From the human T2T-CHM13v2.0 reference genome, Homo sapiens, in assembly GCF_009914755.1 (NCBI RefSeq), contig NC_060948.1: a stretch of DNA of 64,000 nt; one strand, written 5' to 3'. The notes under the pieces are model-generated. The model was not told the DNA's origin. It was given only the letters and a program-made list of their open reading frames with translations, and did not search any database. A program made the position numbers and the translations under genes. Positions 38,261 through 57,078 of the stretch are shown here, one piece after another (position 1 is the first letter of the stretch; each line of letters begins with the position of its first letter).

Positions 38261-39269
38261 AATATAGGTAAACACATAGGCATTGTAATGATAAGACAAT
38301 CCAGAGCAATTACAAAACTAAATTAACTAGAGTCCACTGGGAAGGAAGGGGTGGAAAATAAAAGGGGTGTACATAGGGGATTTGAAAATATTTCTTTAGC
38401 ATATAATTGTATTCTGAAAACCAACATAAAGAAGACATGAGGGGAATATGGTAATGCTATTCACATTACTCCTCCCTCCATCTCCTCCTCACACCCGCAA
38501 AGTCCCTACGCCTTATCCCAGTTGCATGGCTGCATTCCACAACATCCAAATCCTGACACTGTCTCCCTCAAAAAAATACTATTGGGACATGGAAACAACT
38601 ACAGATATAATTTTCCTACTGTGAAAAGTTCTTCCTAAGTTTCAAGAATAAAAAGAAATATCCAATTCACAATTGGTTTGTTTTCCTTTCATTCATTTCA
38701 CTTTTTTTTTCCTAAATGGGATATGTTTAAATACACATAAAAAAAACAAATAGGAGAGGCCATCCTATTTGAAACTATTATTTATTCATTTACTGTATTT
38801 TAGAAATAAGGCCCCCAGGAATCTTGGGCATATGTGAAAACACATATGCTTACAAACTTAGATAATGAGATTCAGTCATGGCAATTAGGTTGCATTTAAA
38901 ATTCCTAGCGTCAAGTGTAAGAGTCTAAGTACTCACTTTTTGAAAGTAACACACTTTTATCTCTGTGCATTGTCTCTAGTATTCCTAAGTCAGTCTCTTT
39001 CTTTGCCATGGTTTAACTTTGTAGTCTGGTCTTTCCATTCTTTCCCCAGAGTAGGGTAATCTTAAGAGTTGGGGTGATTAACATCTCTAATAATTTGTAT
39101 AGCATAATGTAGTTAAACATTTTTCTTAGGATAGTGAATGTGCAAAGAAAATGGAAGATCAACAGAGGAGAGAAACGTTGCTAGCTGTCATGGTTTCCCT
39201 TTCAGGCATTAATCATTATTGCTTGAGAAGAAAGTTAGACTTTTATTGCCAAAATATTTAACTAAATGT

Positions 39270-39665
39270 CACATATGTGTGTGTGCATGCGTGTGTGTGT
39301 GTAGTGTATGTGTATGTATACACACAAAACACCCACATACCCATAAGTATATATAGATATGCATACACACCTATATATATGCACACATAAATATGTATAC
39401 ACCTATATATGCATATAGTTCTCTCTCAGAGATATAGATAGACAGACAGATACATAGATGGATAGATAGATAGATAGACAGACAGATATAGATGTGGATA
39501 GAATAGATGGTAGATAAATAGGATAGATGGAATAGAAGATTGAGATAGATATGGATGGAATAGATACCTCGATAACATGAGATAGATAGAATAGATAGAT
39601 ACATATAGATCAGATAGAGAGATTAAATAGAGATAGATGTGACACACATACATGCATATATACAG
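39270..39665. repeat. Compound (TG)n, (TA)n and degenerate (GATA)n microsatellite
   Basis: Seen directly. Confidence 0.88.
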
Positions 39666-40789
39666 ATCTTTAGAGTTCATGTCAGGCAGCTTTCTGAAGA
39701 TAATCTATGTATTAACTTCACAATTAAATCTTCACAACAGCCATGAGTTAGAAGATATCATTATAACAACATTGCACAAAGGACTGTTGCCCAAAGAGGC
39801 AAGTTACCCGACTTCCCCCAGCTAGCAAAAAGTGCAGGAGTGATGTGAACCCAGCCTGTGTGGTCTGTAGCTCCTTCTTCTGAACCACTATGTGCTATTG
39901 GAAGTTGCCATTTCTTTAGTTTTCCTGAAGTGCAAGGTGGCACTACAAGTGGATACCAATGTGCATAGAAATATTCACAGCAATCCTTCCTACTGAATTT
40001 ATTATTCCACTCCCAAAGCCAATCATCAATATAGAAATTTAACATTCATCCCTGCCATTCTATGTATTTAACCAAATCTCTTCCATATGACAGTTGCATT
40101 TTTACTTCCAAGCCGCTGGAGGAGATGAAGGATCCTCTGTAGTTTCTCTTGCTGGCAATAAGAGTTGCAAAAGCAAACTTTTGAATGCATCTAAGTTAAT
40201 CACCAAAGAGTGGCATTAGTAGTCCTGGTTCCATTTAAGTAGGTCCTGTATAGGATGTTCTTTATGTAATGAATATTTTAAGTCCTATCATTACTATTCT
40301 CATGTACATTCATCATTATCCACAAGTAATGGAAAAGCTTTTTCTGGCTCCCCAAGTACTGTGTGCTCATTTCAGAATATCTAATGCTCCTAATGCATTC
40401 CTTAATGATGACTCCAGTGTGTGATGAGGAACAGGGGTTTTGGAACTCAGAAAGCCAGCATGTCATTGCACACTCATCTTTAGTGGAGGCCCCTTGCCTA
40501 GTTTGAAATGCAATCCTGATACATACAGCTCAAAATACCTAGCCTTTCTGCTTCAGGTTATTCAAACCCAATGAAATTCTGATATCGTTTTAAAGATAAC
40601 TGTTGCACATAAAAAGTCACTTCTGATTTTTGTATGAGGAAGATAATGATTGCACATAATAAACCACCTATGACTTTTTTTATTATTATACTTTAAGTTT
40701 TAGGGTACATGTGCACAATGTGCAGGTCAGTTACATATGTATACATGTTCCATGCTGGTGTGCTGCACCCATTAACACGTCATTTAGCA

Positions 40790-44558
<3,769 letters not shown>

Positions 44559-44621
44559 TATGATGCTAGCTGGTTATTTTTCTCATTAGTTGATGCAGTT
44601 TCTTCCTAGTCTCAATGGTCT

Positions 44622-45638
44622 TTACATTTTGGCATGATTTTGCAGCTGCTGGTACCATTTGTTCCTTTCCATGTTTAGTGCTTCTTTCAGGAGCTCTTTT
44701 AGGGCAGGCCTGGTGGTGACAAAATCACTCAGCATTTGCGTGTCTGTAAAGTATTTTATTTCTCCTTCACTTATGAAGCTTAGTTTGGCTGGATATGAAA
44801 TTCTGGGTTGAAAATTCTTTTCTTTAAGAATGTTGAATGTTGGCCCCCACTCTCTTCTGGCTTGTAGAGTTTCTGCCGAGAGATCCGCTGTTAGTCTGAT
44901 GGGCTTCCCTTTGTGGGTAAACCAACCTTTCTCTCTGGCTGCCCTTAACATTTTTTCCTTCATTTCAACTTTGGTGAGTCTGACAATTATGTGTCTTGGA
45001 GTTGCTCTTCTCAAAGAGTATCTTTGTGGTGTTGTCTGTATTTCCCGAATCTGAATGTTAGCCTGCCTTGCTAGATTGGGGAAGTTCTCCTGGATAATAT
45101 CCTTCAGAGTGTTTTCCAACTTGGTTCCATTCTCCCCATCACTTTCAGGTACACCAATAAGATGTAGATTTGGTATCTTCACATGGTCCCATATTTCTTG
45201 GAGGCTTTGTTCGTTTCTTTTTATTCTTTTTTCTCTAAACTTCCCTTCTCACTTCATTTCATTCAGTTCATCTTCCAGCACTGATACCCTTTCTTCCAGT
45301 TGACTGCATTGGCTCCTGAGGCTTCTGCATTCTTCACGTAGTTCTTGAGCCTTGGCTTTCAGCTCCATCAGCTCCTTTAAGCACTTCTCTGTATTGGTTA
45401 TTCTAGTTTTACAATTGTCTAAATTTTTTTCAAAGTTTTTAACTTCTTTGCCTTTGGTTTGAATTTCCTCCTGTAGCTTGGAGTAGTTTGATAGTCTGAA
45501 GTCTTCCTGTCTCAACTCGTTAAAGTCATTCTCCATCCAGCTTTGTTCCATTGCTGGTGAGGAACTGCGTTCCTTTGGAGGAGGAGAGGCGCTCTGCTTT
45601 TTAGAGTTTCCAGTTTTTCTGCTCTGTTTTTTCCCCAT
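44622..45638 (-). pseudogene. L1 ORF1p, disrupted
   Basis: MGKKQSRKTGNSKKQSASPPPKERSSSP start and LQNHAKM end; split near 45249. Confidence 0.95.
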
Positions 45639-48600
45639 CTTTGTGGTTTTATCTACTTTTGGTCATTAATGATGCAGATGTACAGATGGTTTTTGGTGTG
45701 GATGTCCTTTCTGTTTGTTAGTTTTCCTTCTAACAGACAGGACCCTCAGGTGCAGGTCTGTTGGAGTTTGCTAGAGGTCCACTCTAGACCCTGTTTGCCT
45801 GGGTATCAGCAGTGGTGGCTGCAGAACAGTGGATTTTCATGAACCGTGAATGCTGCTGTCTGATCGTTCCTCTGCGTGTTTTGTCTCAGAAGAGTACCTG
45901 GCTGTGTGAGGTGTCAGTCTGCCCCTACTGGGTGGTGCCTTCCAGTTAGGATGCTCAGGGGTCAGGAGACAGGGACCCACTTGAGGAGGCAGTCTGCCCA
46001 TTCTCAGATCTCCAGCTGCATGCTGGGAGAACCACTGCTCTCTTCAAAGCTGTCAGCCATGGACATTTAAGTCTGCAGAGGTTACTGCTGTCTTTTTATT
46101 TGTCTGTGCCCTGCCCCCAGAGGTGGATCCTACAGAGGCAGGTAGGCCTCCTTGAGCTGTGGTGGTCTCCATGCTGTTCCAGCTTCCTGGCTGTTTTGTT
46201 TACCTAAGCAAGACTGGGCAATGGTGGGCACCCCTCCCCCAGCCTTGCTGCCACCTTGCAGTTTGATCTCAGACTGCTGTGCTAGCAATTAGTGAGACTC
46301 TGTGGGGATAGGACCCTCTGTGCCAGCTGCAGGATATAATCTCCTGGTGCACCATTTTTTAAGCCCATCAGAAAAGCACAGTATTAGGGTGGGAGTGACC
46401 CGATTTTCCAGGTGCCATCTGTCACCCCTTTCTTTGACTAGGAAAGGGAACTCCCTGACCCCTTGCACTTCCTGAGTGGGGTAATGCCTCACTCTGCTTC
46501 GGCTCATGCACAGTGCACTGCACCCACTGTCCCGCACCCACTGTCTGCCACTCCCTAGTGAGATGAACCCGGTACCTCAGATGAAAATGCGGAAATCACC
46601 CGTCTTCTGCGTCACTCGTGCTGGGAGCTGTAACTGGAGCTCTTCCTATTCGGCCATCTTGGCTGACCCACCTCTGATTTTTGTATGAGCAAACACAAGA
46701 TCGAAAAATGAGAAGCCACTTTCAAATCATTCAGACCTTGACATATCTGAGGAGATTTAATATAAAAATAATTAGTTGCAAGTTGAAGTGAGGTCCTGCT
46801 TGTCTAAATGGGGAGTGGTAATGCAAATGAGTCTGATTTTTTTCCCAACGTGTGTGTAAAGCATTGTTAGACACAGTAAAAGCCTTGGGTTTTTACTGGG
46901 TTGGATTTCTTAGAAGTAAACCTTTACACAAGGATTTGGGTGCAAGTAATTCACTGATTAAAAAACCAGTTGCTCCCATGTCAGGTGGTCTCTGGCTTTG
47001 GGATCCTTTTGGTAGAGAGATAAGAGATAAATTTTTAGAAGAAGCAACTCATTGTCAACCAAGGATCAATTTCCAGAGCAATGGAGTGGCTGTGAACTGT
47101 TCTCCAGAGCAATGAAGCAGCTGTTAACTGTGAGTAGTCCCACTTCCAACAGTCAATGCGAATTGACCCTTTAAAGAGTATTCTCAGGGAACAGAAACAG
47201 CATCTCCATCCCTACTAATTCTTGAAAATAGACATCTCTTTAACCATCTATTTAAAATAATATCCCTCTTTATTCTGTGATGCCTAATAAAACCCACTTG
47301 GAAACTTTAGTATGTTAAAATCAGATTAGGTAATGGTTTACTATGCAAACTGTAACTGTACTTACTAAAGGTCATAGTTGCTAAATCTTTCACCTATATC
47401 CTAAGTATCAGGTAAGGGTTTGTAAATACAGTGATTTTTTTCCCTTAAGATTTATTGGTATGATTTCCAAATCTGTGGTAGAATTTGCACATGTGTTTCC
47501 TTTGCTTACAAATCCTCACACTTAGCAGGAGCTGATGCTTAGAAAAATGATTTCTCAATAAGCAGTTGAGCTGGATTTATTAGCAGGTTTTATAAATCAA
47601 GTGCATAATATATAGTTTAAACTTCAGAAACCACAGATTTATGTATCCTTGCAGTAAATCATGAGAATAAGTATCCACTAAGTCCTTATTTTAAGCTAAT
47701 CTGGTCAATTGCTGGGTAAATACTTCACATCTTTTAATCCTTTTCATATCAATAACTAGAACTCATTATTTCAGTAAATATTTGTTGATTTATTTTTACC
47801 CTAAATACCCTAAAAACATTGCACAAAGGACTTTTGCCCAAATGTCTGCATTTGGAGAAGTTTGGAAACTTGGCTGTATATTAACAGTTACAAAAGATAG
47901 CTAATGCTATCAACATAAGAATGAATGAAAAATGTACAATAATAATATTGAATCCCATACTTAACGGATAAGACAGAGTTTAAATGAACTCAGCTTCCAT
48001 TCTCAAAAAGGCATTATTTAATAATAATTATATGGTAATAAGTCATCATTTATAATTGTGTGGTGTTTATAATTGACTTAGCACCTTATGTGTGCTTCTT
48101 AATTTTGTTCTGATGGTAGGAAGTAGGTTGCATATACGTTAAAAAAATATTAATGAGACCAAGCCTCAGACATTCAATGAGGCTTGAATTCAACATTCAA
48201 TGAGGTTGTCATTCAAAGCCAACATCACTGAGATAGCCTGTCGGTAGTCTCTTTTCTCCAGGTTTTGGCATCCAGCCCTCCTGTGACAACGATCTTAACA
48301 TGTGTTAGCATGGATGTGAATGTTAATTGCATGAGGCAAATGTTCTCTATGGCCACTTTGATTTCTCTGTTCAAAGTCTGTGTGTACACAAATAATCATA
48401 CTAAAGATTCAAACTGAAATTCTATTTGTTTATACCTTCCTCCATAATCATGGAAGGGGACAACGTTAAAACAAGCCCCACCTCTAGTTGACACAAACCA
48501 CTTTTACAGGTTTTAATGCCACTTTTCTTTTAGTATTATGTAAATTCCCAATTGTCAGAGAATGTTGGCCAAGTTTCATTTATTCTAGAAGACACAGGCT

Positions 48601-48699
48601 AATGCCTATTTGCTTTACAATGGTGGAGCTTGTTCAATTGCTGTCATACAGTCATTAAAAAAAAAAAAGACATGTCAACACATCGACTTCATATTCTTT

Positions 48700-48724
48700 T
48701 CTTTTCTTTCTTCTTCTTTCTTTT

Positions 48725-48759
<35 letters not shown>

Positions 48760-49037
48760 AGGCAGGGTCTAACTCTGTCACCTAGGCTGTAGTGCAGTTG
48801 TGCGATCTTGGCTCACTGCAACTTTCACCTCCCAGGTTCAAGTGATTCTCCTGCCTTACCCTCCTGAATAGCTGGGATTACAGGTGTGCACCACCATGCT
48901 CAGCTAATTTTTGTATTTTTAATAGAGATAGGGTTACACGTTCTTGGCCAGACTGGTCTCAAACTCCTCACCTCTGGTGACTGACCTGCCTTGGCCTCCC
49001 AAAGTGTTGGGATTATAGGCGTGAGCCAGGGTGCCCA
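48700..49037 (-). mobile_element. AluS element with a long poly-T tail
   Basis: Reverse-complement Alu similarity. Confidence 0.9.
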
Positions 49038-49224
49038 TCTTTGATTTCATTTTCTATAATGGATTAAACACTTTGTTAATATTATTGAACACAAAAGTAA
49101 CATTTTATAATTTTGATCATTGATTAATAACAATATGGAAAAGCCCCATGCAAGAGAATCATCAAAGAAAAGGTTTCTATTAGATCCTATAAATAACAAA
49201 CTAGCCATTTAAAAAGAAGAAACT

Positions 49225-49526
<302 letters not shown>

Positions 49527-49586
49527 CTACATACACGTACATCACTTTAAAAAATACTTCTTGGATTCCAGCTTGTGATAAAATGC

Positions 49587-49972
49587 TGTATTCATTGGCT
49601 TGAGCTGCCATTAAAAAAAAATCACAGACTGGACAGCTTAAACAACATAAATTTATTTTCTCATATTTCTGGGAGCTGGAAGTTAAACATCAAGGTGTAG
49701 GCAGGGCTGATTCCTCCTGAGGCCTCCCTCCGTTGCTTGTAGATGCCATCTTTTCCTTGTGTCCTCAAAGGGTCCTTCCTCTGTGTAGGTCTGTGTCCTC
49801 ATGTTCTCTTCTTATAAGGGCACCATTCCTGTTGGATTAGGGCCCACTCTAGTGACCTCATGTTACCTTAATCACGTACTTAAAAACCCTATTGCCAAAC
49901 ACAGTCACATTCTAAAGTCCTAGGGGTTAGGGATTCAATATATAAATTGTTCAAGAAAACAATTCAGCTCAC
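49587..49972. mobile_element. MLT1 (MaLR) LTR
   Basis: GCTTAAACAACATAAATTTATTTTCTCA...GGATTAGGGCCCACTCTAGTGACCTCA...CAGTCACATTCT. Confidence 0.8.
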
Positions 49973-50079
49973 AGCTGCGCATGTACAAGTTTTCCTGATC
50001 CACCCACTGAATGAAGCTATGGAATCAGGACAGGAGTTATGGGATGGCTATTTGAGGACTCTAAAAATGAAATGGCTAC

Positions 50080-50930
50080 TACCTACTTATGAGAATGGCC
50101 CAAATTTACAACCCTGATCAAACCAAATGTTGCTGAGGACACAGAGCAACAAGAACTCTCATTCATTGCTGGTGGGAATGCCAAACATTACAGCCACTTT
50201 GGAAGACAATTTGCACATGTCTTACAAAGCCAATCATAGTCTTATGATAATATCTAGGAATTGTGCTCCTAGGTATTTACCAAAATGAATTAAAGACTTA
50301 TGTTCAAACAAAACTGCACATTAATATTTATAGCAGCTTTATACATAATTGCCAGATCTTGGAAACAACCAAGATGCCCTTCAGTAGATGAACAGAGAAG
50401 TAAACTGTGTTAAGTGCAGACAATGCAATATCACTCCTCCCTAAAAAGAAATGAGCTATCAAACCAGTAGAGATGTGGAGGAATCTTGAGTATGACTCAG
50501 TGGAACAAGACAATGTGGAAAGTCTACAGACTGACAGTCTAACTATAGGACACTCTGGAAAAGGCAGGAATTATGGGATCAGTAAACAGATCAGTGCTTG
50601 ACAGGATTTTGAGGGATGGAGGGAATAGGCAGAACACAGAGGATTTTTAAGGCAGTGAAAATGCATGAGACTGTAATGGTGGATCCATGTCATTATACAT
50701 TTGTCAAAACCCACACGCTGCACAACACTAATGAACCCTAATGTAAACTAATGTGAATCCTAATGTAAACTGTGAACTTTGGATGACAGTGATGTGTCCA
50801 TGTAGGTTGATAAATTGTAATGTACCATCTGTTGCATGATGTTAATTGAAGGGGAAGCTATTCATACATGGGGCAGTGGGAAGATTTCCCACTTAACTTT
50901 GCAATGAAACTAAAATAACTATAAAACAGA
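50080..50930 (+). mobile_element. L1MC/MD-type 3' fragment
   Basis: GAGCAACAAGAACTCTCATTCATTGCTGGTGGGAATG...GTGGATCCATGTCATTATACATTTGTCAAAACCCA. Confidence 0.75.
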
Positions 50931-50937
50931 ATGCCTA

Positions 50938-51545
<608 letters not shown>

Positions 51546-51786
51546 AATAAATTTTAAAAACCCTATTAATTATAAAACAACAACAGCAACAAAAATTAAA
51601 TGCATCCCATTCAGAAATTGTAATGTGTTAAAATCAGATTAGGTAATAGCTTTTTGTAGCTAATTGTAATTGAACTTACTTAAGATTACAGTTGCTATGA
51701 CACAGGAGACAGATTGAAGAAGATGACCAGAGTTCCAATTCACACCAAGTCAGCAATGAGCTCGTTATTGTTTTTCTTTTGTGATC

Positions 51787-52201
51787 TGAAACAGTTTGGC
51801 TCTATGTCCCCACCAAATATCATATCAAATTGAAAGCCCGGTGTTGGAGGTGGGGCCCAGTGGTAGGTGACTGGATCTCATAGGGGTGATTTCTCAAGAA
51901 TGGTTTAGTATCATCCTCTCTGTGCCATTCTTATGGTACTATCTCAGTTTTCATGAGATCTGCTTGCTTAAAAGTGTGCAGCACTTTTCCGATTGCCTTG
52001 GTCCTGCTCCTGCTGTGTTAAGTCACCTGCTTCTACTTTGCCTTCTGCCATGAGTAAAAGCTCCCTGAAGCCTCCCAAGAAGCAGATGCTGCCATGCTTC
52101 CCATACAGCCTGTAGAACCATGAGCCAATTAAACCTCTTTTCTTTATAAATTACCCAGTCTCAGGTATTTATTTATAGCAGCATGAGGAAGGACTAATGC
52201 A
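51787..52201 (+). mobile_element. MST (MaLR) solo LTR
   Basis: GTTTGGCTCTATGTCCCCACCAAA...ATTAAACCTCTTTTCTTTATAAATTACCCAGTCTCAGGTATTT...GGACTAATGCA. Confidence 0.85.
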
Positions 52202-52559
52202 GGGTCCCTCATCCTGAATTCAATGCACCAACAAACCAGGAACTGAGCCCATTGGCACAGGCAGAGAGGATGACAGAAGCACTTGTACTGGCTTGGGGAT
52301 CAGGAAAGAGGTGTTGTACCATTCAGACAGGGTGCAGAAACTCTGATTCTTCTCTTTTACTTTTGATCTTTTCCTCTGTTTTCATCTTTGCTTTCTTTTG
52401 TACCAGCCTTTGCTTGATCCTGTAACAGGAAAGGAGTGAGAAAGAGCCCACAGGTACCTCAGTAGTTGACTACAAGCAAGGTTAGTTCCTTTCTGTTCAA
52501 AAGAGGTGTACTATTTCAACAGACAATGTAGTCATTTCTTAAAGGTTATCTGCAATGTG

Positions 52560-53380
52560 GAATCTAAAATCACAGCCACAAACTTTTTGTGTGTTCTTAA
52601 GGAAAATGCATTGCTCTATGTGACACTCACAATGTTTAGTTTTGTTTACTTACTTGACTTTTTTAGCATCATGCATTTGGAAAACATCAGTTGATTAATT
52701 TATGCAGATTTTTGATATGTGGAAATATTTCATTATACAGGGCCCAAAAGTCATATTTGTTAATGACATCAGCAATTTGATTTGAAAATATTTTGCTACA
52801 GGGAGTTCTCAGTAGTCAATGAAAGTTTTCCAAAAATCTGATTTTTCCTTGAAGTGAAGGGCTCACTTTATTCAATTCTGAATTACCATGGTGAGTCCAT
52901 CGACATTCCTTCAAATGTTTTCACTCTTCCATGAAAACAGCAGCCACTTCAGCATGCAACTGAAGCAACGTCACACTTGCTTTTCTGAAAAACAGCCATC
53001 ACACTTCAGTATGCAGCAGAAGTGCTCACAAGCAGTTTCCATTTCACCGTAGAGATTATTAACAAGACATACATAGAAGAGCTGTGTAAAATTTTACTGT
53101 TTCCTCCAAACCACTCTTAAGCGAATCATCCATTTCTCTTCGTTTCTGAGACAGCAAGATGGCTGCTCATACCTTTTGGTGTCACTGTTTTGATTTGTTT
53201 TAAGGCACCAGTAGCTTTACTCATCACTGTTTTGTCACTGAAGTGGATATGTCAGCATTCAGGAAAAGGCACATGACATGAATATGTTATGAAAATTGTT
53301 TTGACCTCTGGGTTTTGAATCCCCTCATAGGATCTTGGGGACTCCAAGGTTCTGAAAACCACACTTTGATAATTACTACT
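52560..53380. mobile_element. Charlie1-type hAT DNA transposon fossil
   Basis: Terminal GAAAATTGTTTTGACCTC...ACCACACTTTGATAATTACT resembles the recalled Charlie1a end. Confidence 0.6.
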
Positions 53381-53882
53381 CTAGCCTACTATAAATGTTT
53401 ATAATTGTGGACAATTACAGATTTGATTTTGATATGTTCTGTTAGTGCAGCTTATCCTGTTGCAACTATGAATGATTTGTGAACCACAACTACTCCCAAG
53501 TATGTTTGACCCATTGATTTCTTACTTTACTAAGAACTTTGTTTCCACCAAGGTGTGTGTTTTATAAGACAGCAAAGCAAATAATTCCATTTTCACATTA
53601 GATCAGCATTCACAACAAGCATAGAGTTGCAAGTATAATTTAAAAACTTGCAAAGCTCTAATTTTATTCCATAAACTAGCTATTTAAAAAACTTCACCAT
53701 TATTAGAAGTACCTCCATTGAAATTCTATATCTGTCCTTTGATGTTATAAACAGAAAACTGATGACATTCATGTGCTTGTGAAGGTGAAGCTCTTTTGCT
53801 AGCGGAGCCAACATGCTAACAGCCATCACTTCACTTTCCGTATATGAACAAGAACATTTGGAAATAAAAAGCAGGGAAATTA

Positions 53883-54180
53883 GGCAGGCTATGGTGGCTC
53901 ATGTCTCTAATCCCAGCACTTTGGGAGGCTGAGGCAGTCAGATCACTTGAGGTCAGGAGTTGGAGGCCAGCCTGGCTAATATGGTGTAACTCCGTCTCTA
54001 ATAAAAATACAAAAATTATCCAAGCATGGTTGTACATGCCTGTAGTCCTACCTACTCAGGAGGCTGAGGCAGGAGAATGGCTTGAACCTGAGAGATGGAG
54101 ATTGCAGTGAGTGGAGATCATACTACTGCACTCCAGTCTGTGTGACACAGCAAGACTGTTTTAGGAAAAAAAAATTTAAA
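53883..54180 (+). mobile_element. AluS element
   Basis: Dimeric Alu; TSD AAAAG(C)AGGGAAATTA. Confidence 0.9.
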
Positions 54181-54979
54181 AGAGGGAAATTAATATCTGA
54201 TAGTCATTCTATCTAAATTAAAAGGAAATAACAACATGAATTACAAAGCAGCTAGGATAAGAGCATTTAGATATGTGCATTAACTGGAACATTGTTTTTC
54301 AGCATATATTTCCTGTATACCTAACCTATAATGTCCTACTGCCATGCTGAAGTTTAACCTGATGGCTTTAAATACATTTCTTGGGCAGTGGTACCAGCCA
54401 TGGGTCAACTAACAAATATACCAGATGGCCAGAAGTACTGAACCTCATTGTGAACAAACAGAAGCCAACAGCACCTAGGTTTTTCTGTCCTTGCACAATT
54501 GGCTGTATCAATGAGGCCCCTACACACTGTCTTTATATAGCAGCGTTAATCACTTTGCACCAGGAAAAGTTTAGGACAAGAGGTTATTTGCTAGTATTTC
54601 AGAGGTAACCAGGGGAAGTGAGAACTCGGAAAACCATGTCTGCATTCTATATACTACTAGAGAACACCAAGCAAGCCGACTCTGCAACTTCACAGAAGAG
54701 CTCTACCTGACCTCTCTCAGCTTTCCAAAGTGCAACTATGAATAATAACATCGTTAACTATAATGCAATCCATAACCAAGGCTAAACTGAAGAGGCTTCT
54801 GAGACAACCAGCAAACACATGCACATTTTGAATGTGCAAGAAACATGTCCCTAAAACCAAGAAGTATGACTACCAAATGAAGTAAAAGGATTGCAAGAAG
54901 TCTACAATGTCATGGAATTCTCTAAATTAATGGTTAATAACATTTGGGGGAAAGGATGATAATCAGCATTTGAGTGTCT

Positions 54980-55280
54980 TCTTTTCTTTTCTTTCCTTTT
55001 TTTGAGACAGAATCTAGCTCTGTCACCCAGGCTGGGGTGAAGTAGTGCAATCTCATCTCACTGCAACCTCTGCCTCCTAGGTTCAAACAATTATTGTGCC
55101 TCAGCCTCCACAGTATCTGGGATTACAGGCACCCACTACCACACCCAGCTAATTTTCTTTGTATTTTTTTTAGAGATGGAGTTTTGACATGTTGGCCAGA
55201 TTGGTCCCGAACTCCCGACCTCAAGTGATCTGCCTGCCTTGGCCTCCCAAAGTGCTGGGATAACAGGCATAAGCACCCAG
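54980..55280 (-). mobile_element. AluS element
   Basis: Reverse-complement Alu similarity. Confidence 0.88.
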
Positions 55281-57042
55281 GAGAATTTGAGAACTTGAGA
55301 ATTTGCTACCATTTGAGAATTTTCTGAGTGTTATGAACAGCCTCCCTGGAAGAATGCAGCTCTCTATAAATACTATCCACCAAAATTCAGAGTCCAAAGA
55401 GATCCTGAAGTCTATAATCTCCCAATCTCTACTGTTTGGATCTCCCAAAAAAGTAATTCTTCAATGGTGGTTCTATTTCTTCTTGGGATCACTGTGGAAT
55501 TTTGTGAGTTATTTTTGTGTGTGTTGTTATTATTGTTATACTAATTTATTTTTGCTATTTACATTTAGTGGACAAATGCCTGGAATGAGAAAATGTTTAA
55601 GAACATACATACATGAAACAAAACAACAAAAGAATTGTATCATTTCCCATACAATTTTGAAATATCCTTCTGGGTATTTATGTATATATAAAACCTGTCA
55701 ATGATGACCTGAATCTAAATCTAGCATCTAACTCCATTTTATATGTAAACCCAAGCACTTTTTTGCACATTTGAACTTTCCAAGAAACAGCTGCCAAGTA
55801 ATTAAAGGAAAAATTATAGTTTATTTATTTGGAAACTTACCAAGAGTTGTTAATAGTTTCAGAAAATTTCAACACTGCTTGTGGTATTTGAGTCCCTGGC
55901 ACAAAGAATTCACCATCCCCACCCCATACTCCTAAGATTTGTCCAGGGTGCTTACAACTATCAAAAACAGCTGATTTGATGTGTACATATAAATATCTGA
56001 GCAGTTTCTTGTGTCATGCAGTGAAAATACATACATTATATTATTGCAAATTACTTTCCACTTATTTCTTCTTTGAATTGCAATTAGGAAACTTCATAGA
56101 GCTTTGGAGAATAATTATATATTATGCATGTAAACTATTTGTGCCTGATACTTAGTAAACACTACGCTCTATAAAATTAGCTGTCATTAACATCATTATT
56201 ATTATGAATATAAATGTGTGAGAACAAGTGGTGTATTTTAAGTATTTGTTATATAAGTGGGAAATTTGTGTCTCTGAAAGTTTGGAAGAATTGTTCTAGG
56301 AAAAATCCAGTTTGAGAAGTTTAAGGAAAATTGTCTTTAACTGAGATGCATGGTGTTAAGATCTACCTTTAAAAGATAGGCTTGTTTTACTTCTATTGCC
56401 TTAAATGTGCCATGTTTTTGACATCATTGAAATGCTTCCTCAACCTAGAAAAGTAGTCCTAACTGTGCTTGTAATTTTAGATGATTTTAAACTTTTTCCC
56501 TTGTTCCATTCAGTACATACAGTCCATCTCCTCCATATTTACTGAGTGTTGACAGAATGGACAACCGTTTACAGAGAAGTCTTTTGCCTCCAACATTAAA
56601 TGACATGTTTGCTCAAACAAAAGCAAATTCACAGAGCCTCACTGCAAACAGGCCATGGCCATGTCCCTCATGTGGTTGCTCATGAAGTCTTTGTTTACCA
56701 TGTCTGCCTGTCTCACATCCCTCTGTGATTACAGACACACCTATCACCGTCTGTATTTCTGTATTTATGATCAATCATTTTTCTCTCTGTGATCTCCTAG
56801 GGACTCCAATGCAATCAACCCCACCAAAAGGGTGACATTCCAGCATTTTAGTTTTGCTGAGACTGCCTTGCTGAGAAGCAAATAAGATTTTTGATTTCTG
56901 CTGGTAAAATAAAATTGGCAACCATGAGACCTAAGAGATTCTGAGAAATGGCATGGACTTTATAATTTCTTGCAATAAAAGTCAAATCATGCATTACTTT
57001 CTTGGCTATGTTTCAGGGAGTAAGACCAGGGAATCTTGCTAA

Positions 57043-57043
<1 letters not shown>

Positions 57044-57076
<33 letters not shown>
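57044..57076. repeat. (TG)n microsatellite
   Basis: Seen directly. Confidence 0.95.

Positions 57077-57078
<2 letters not shown>

Noticed and set aside
46221-46437. L1 antisense ORF0
   Set aside because: The ATG is present at 46221 but a TAG occurs at codon 24.
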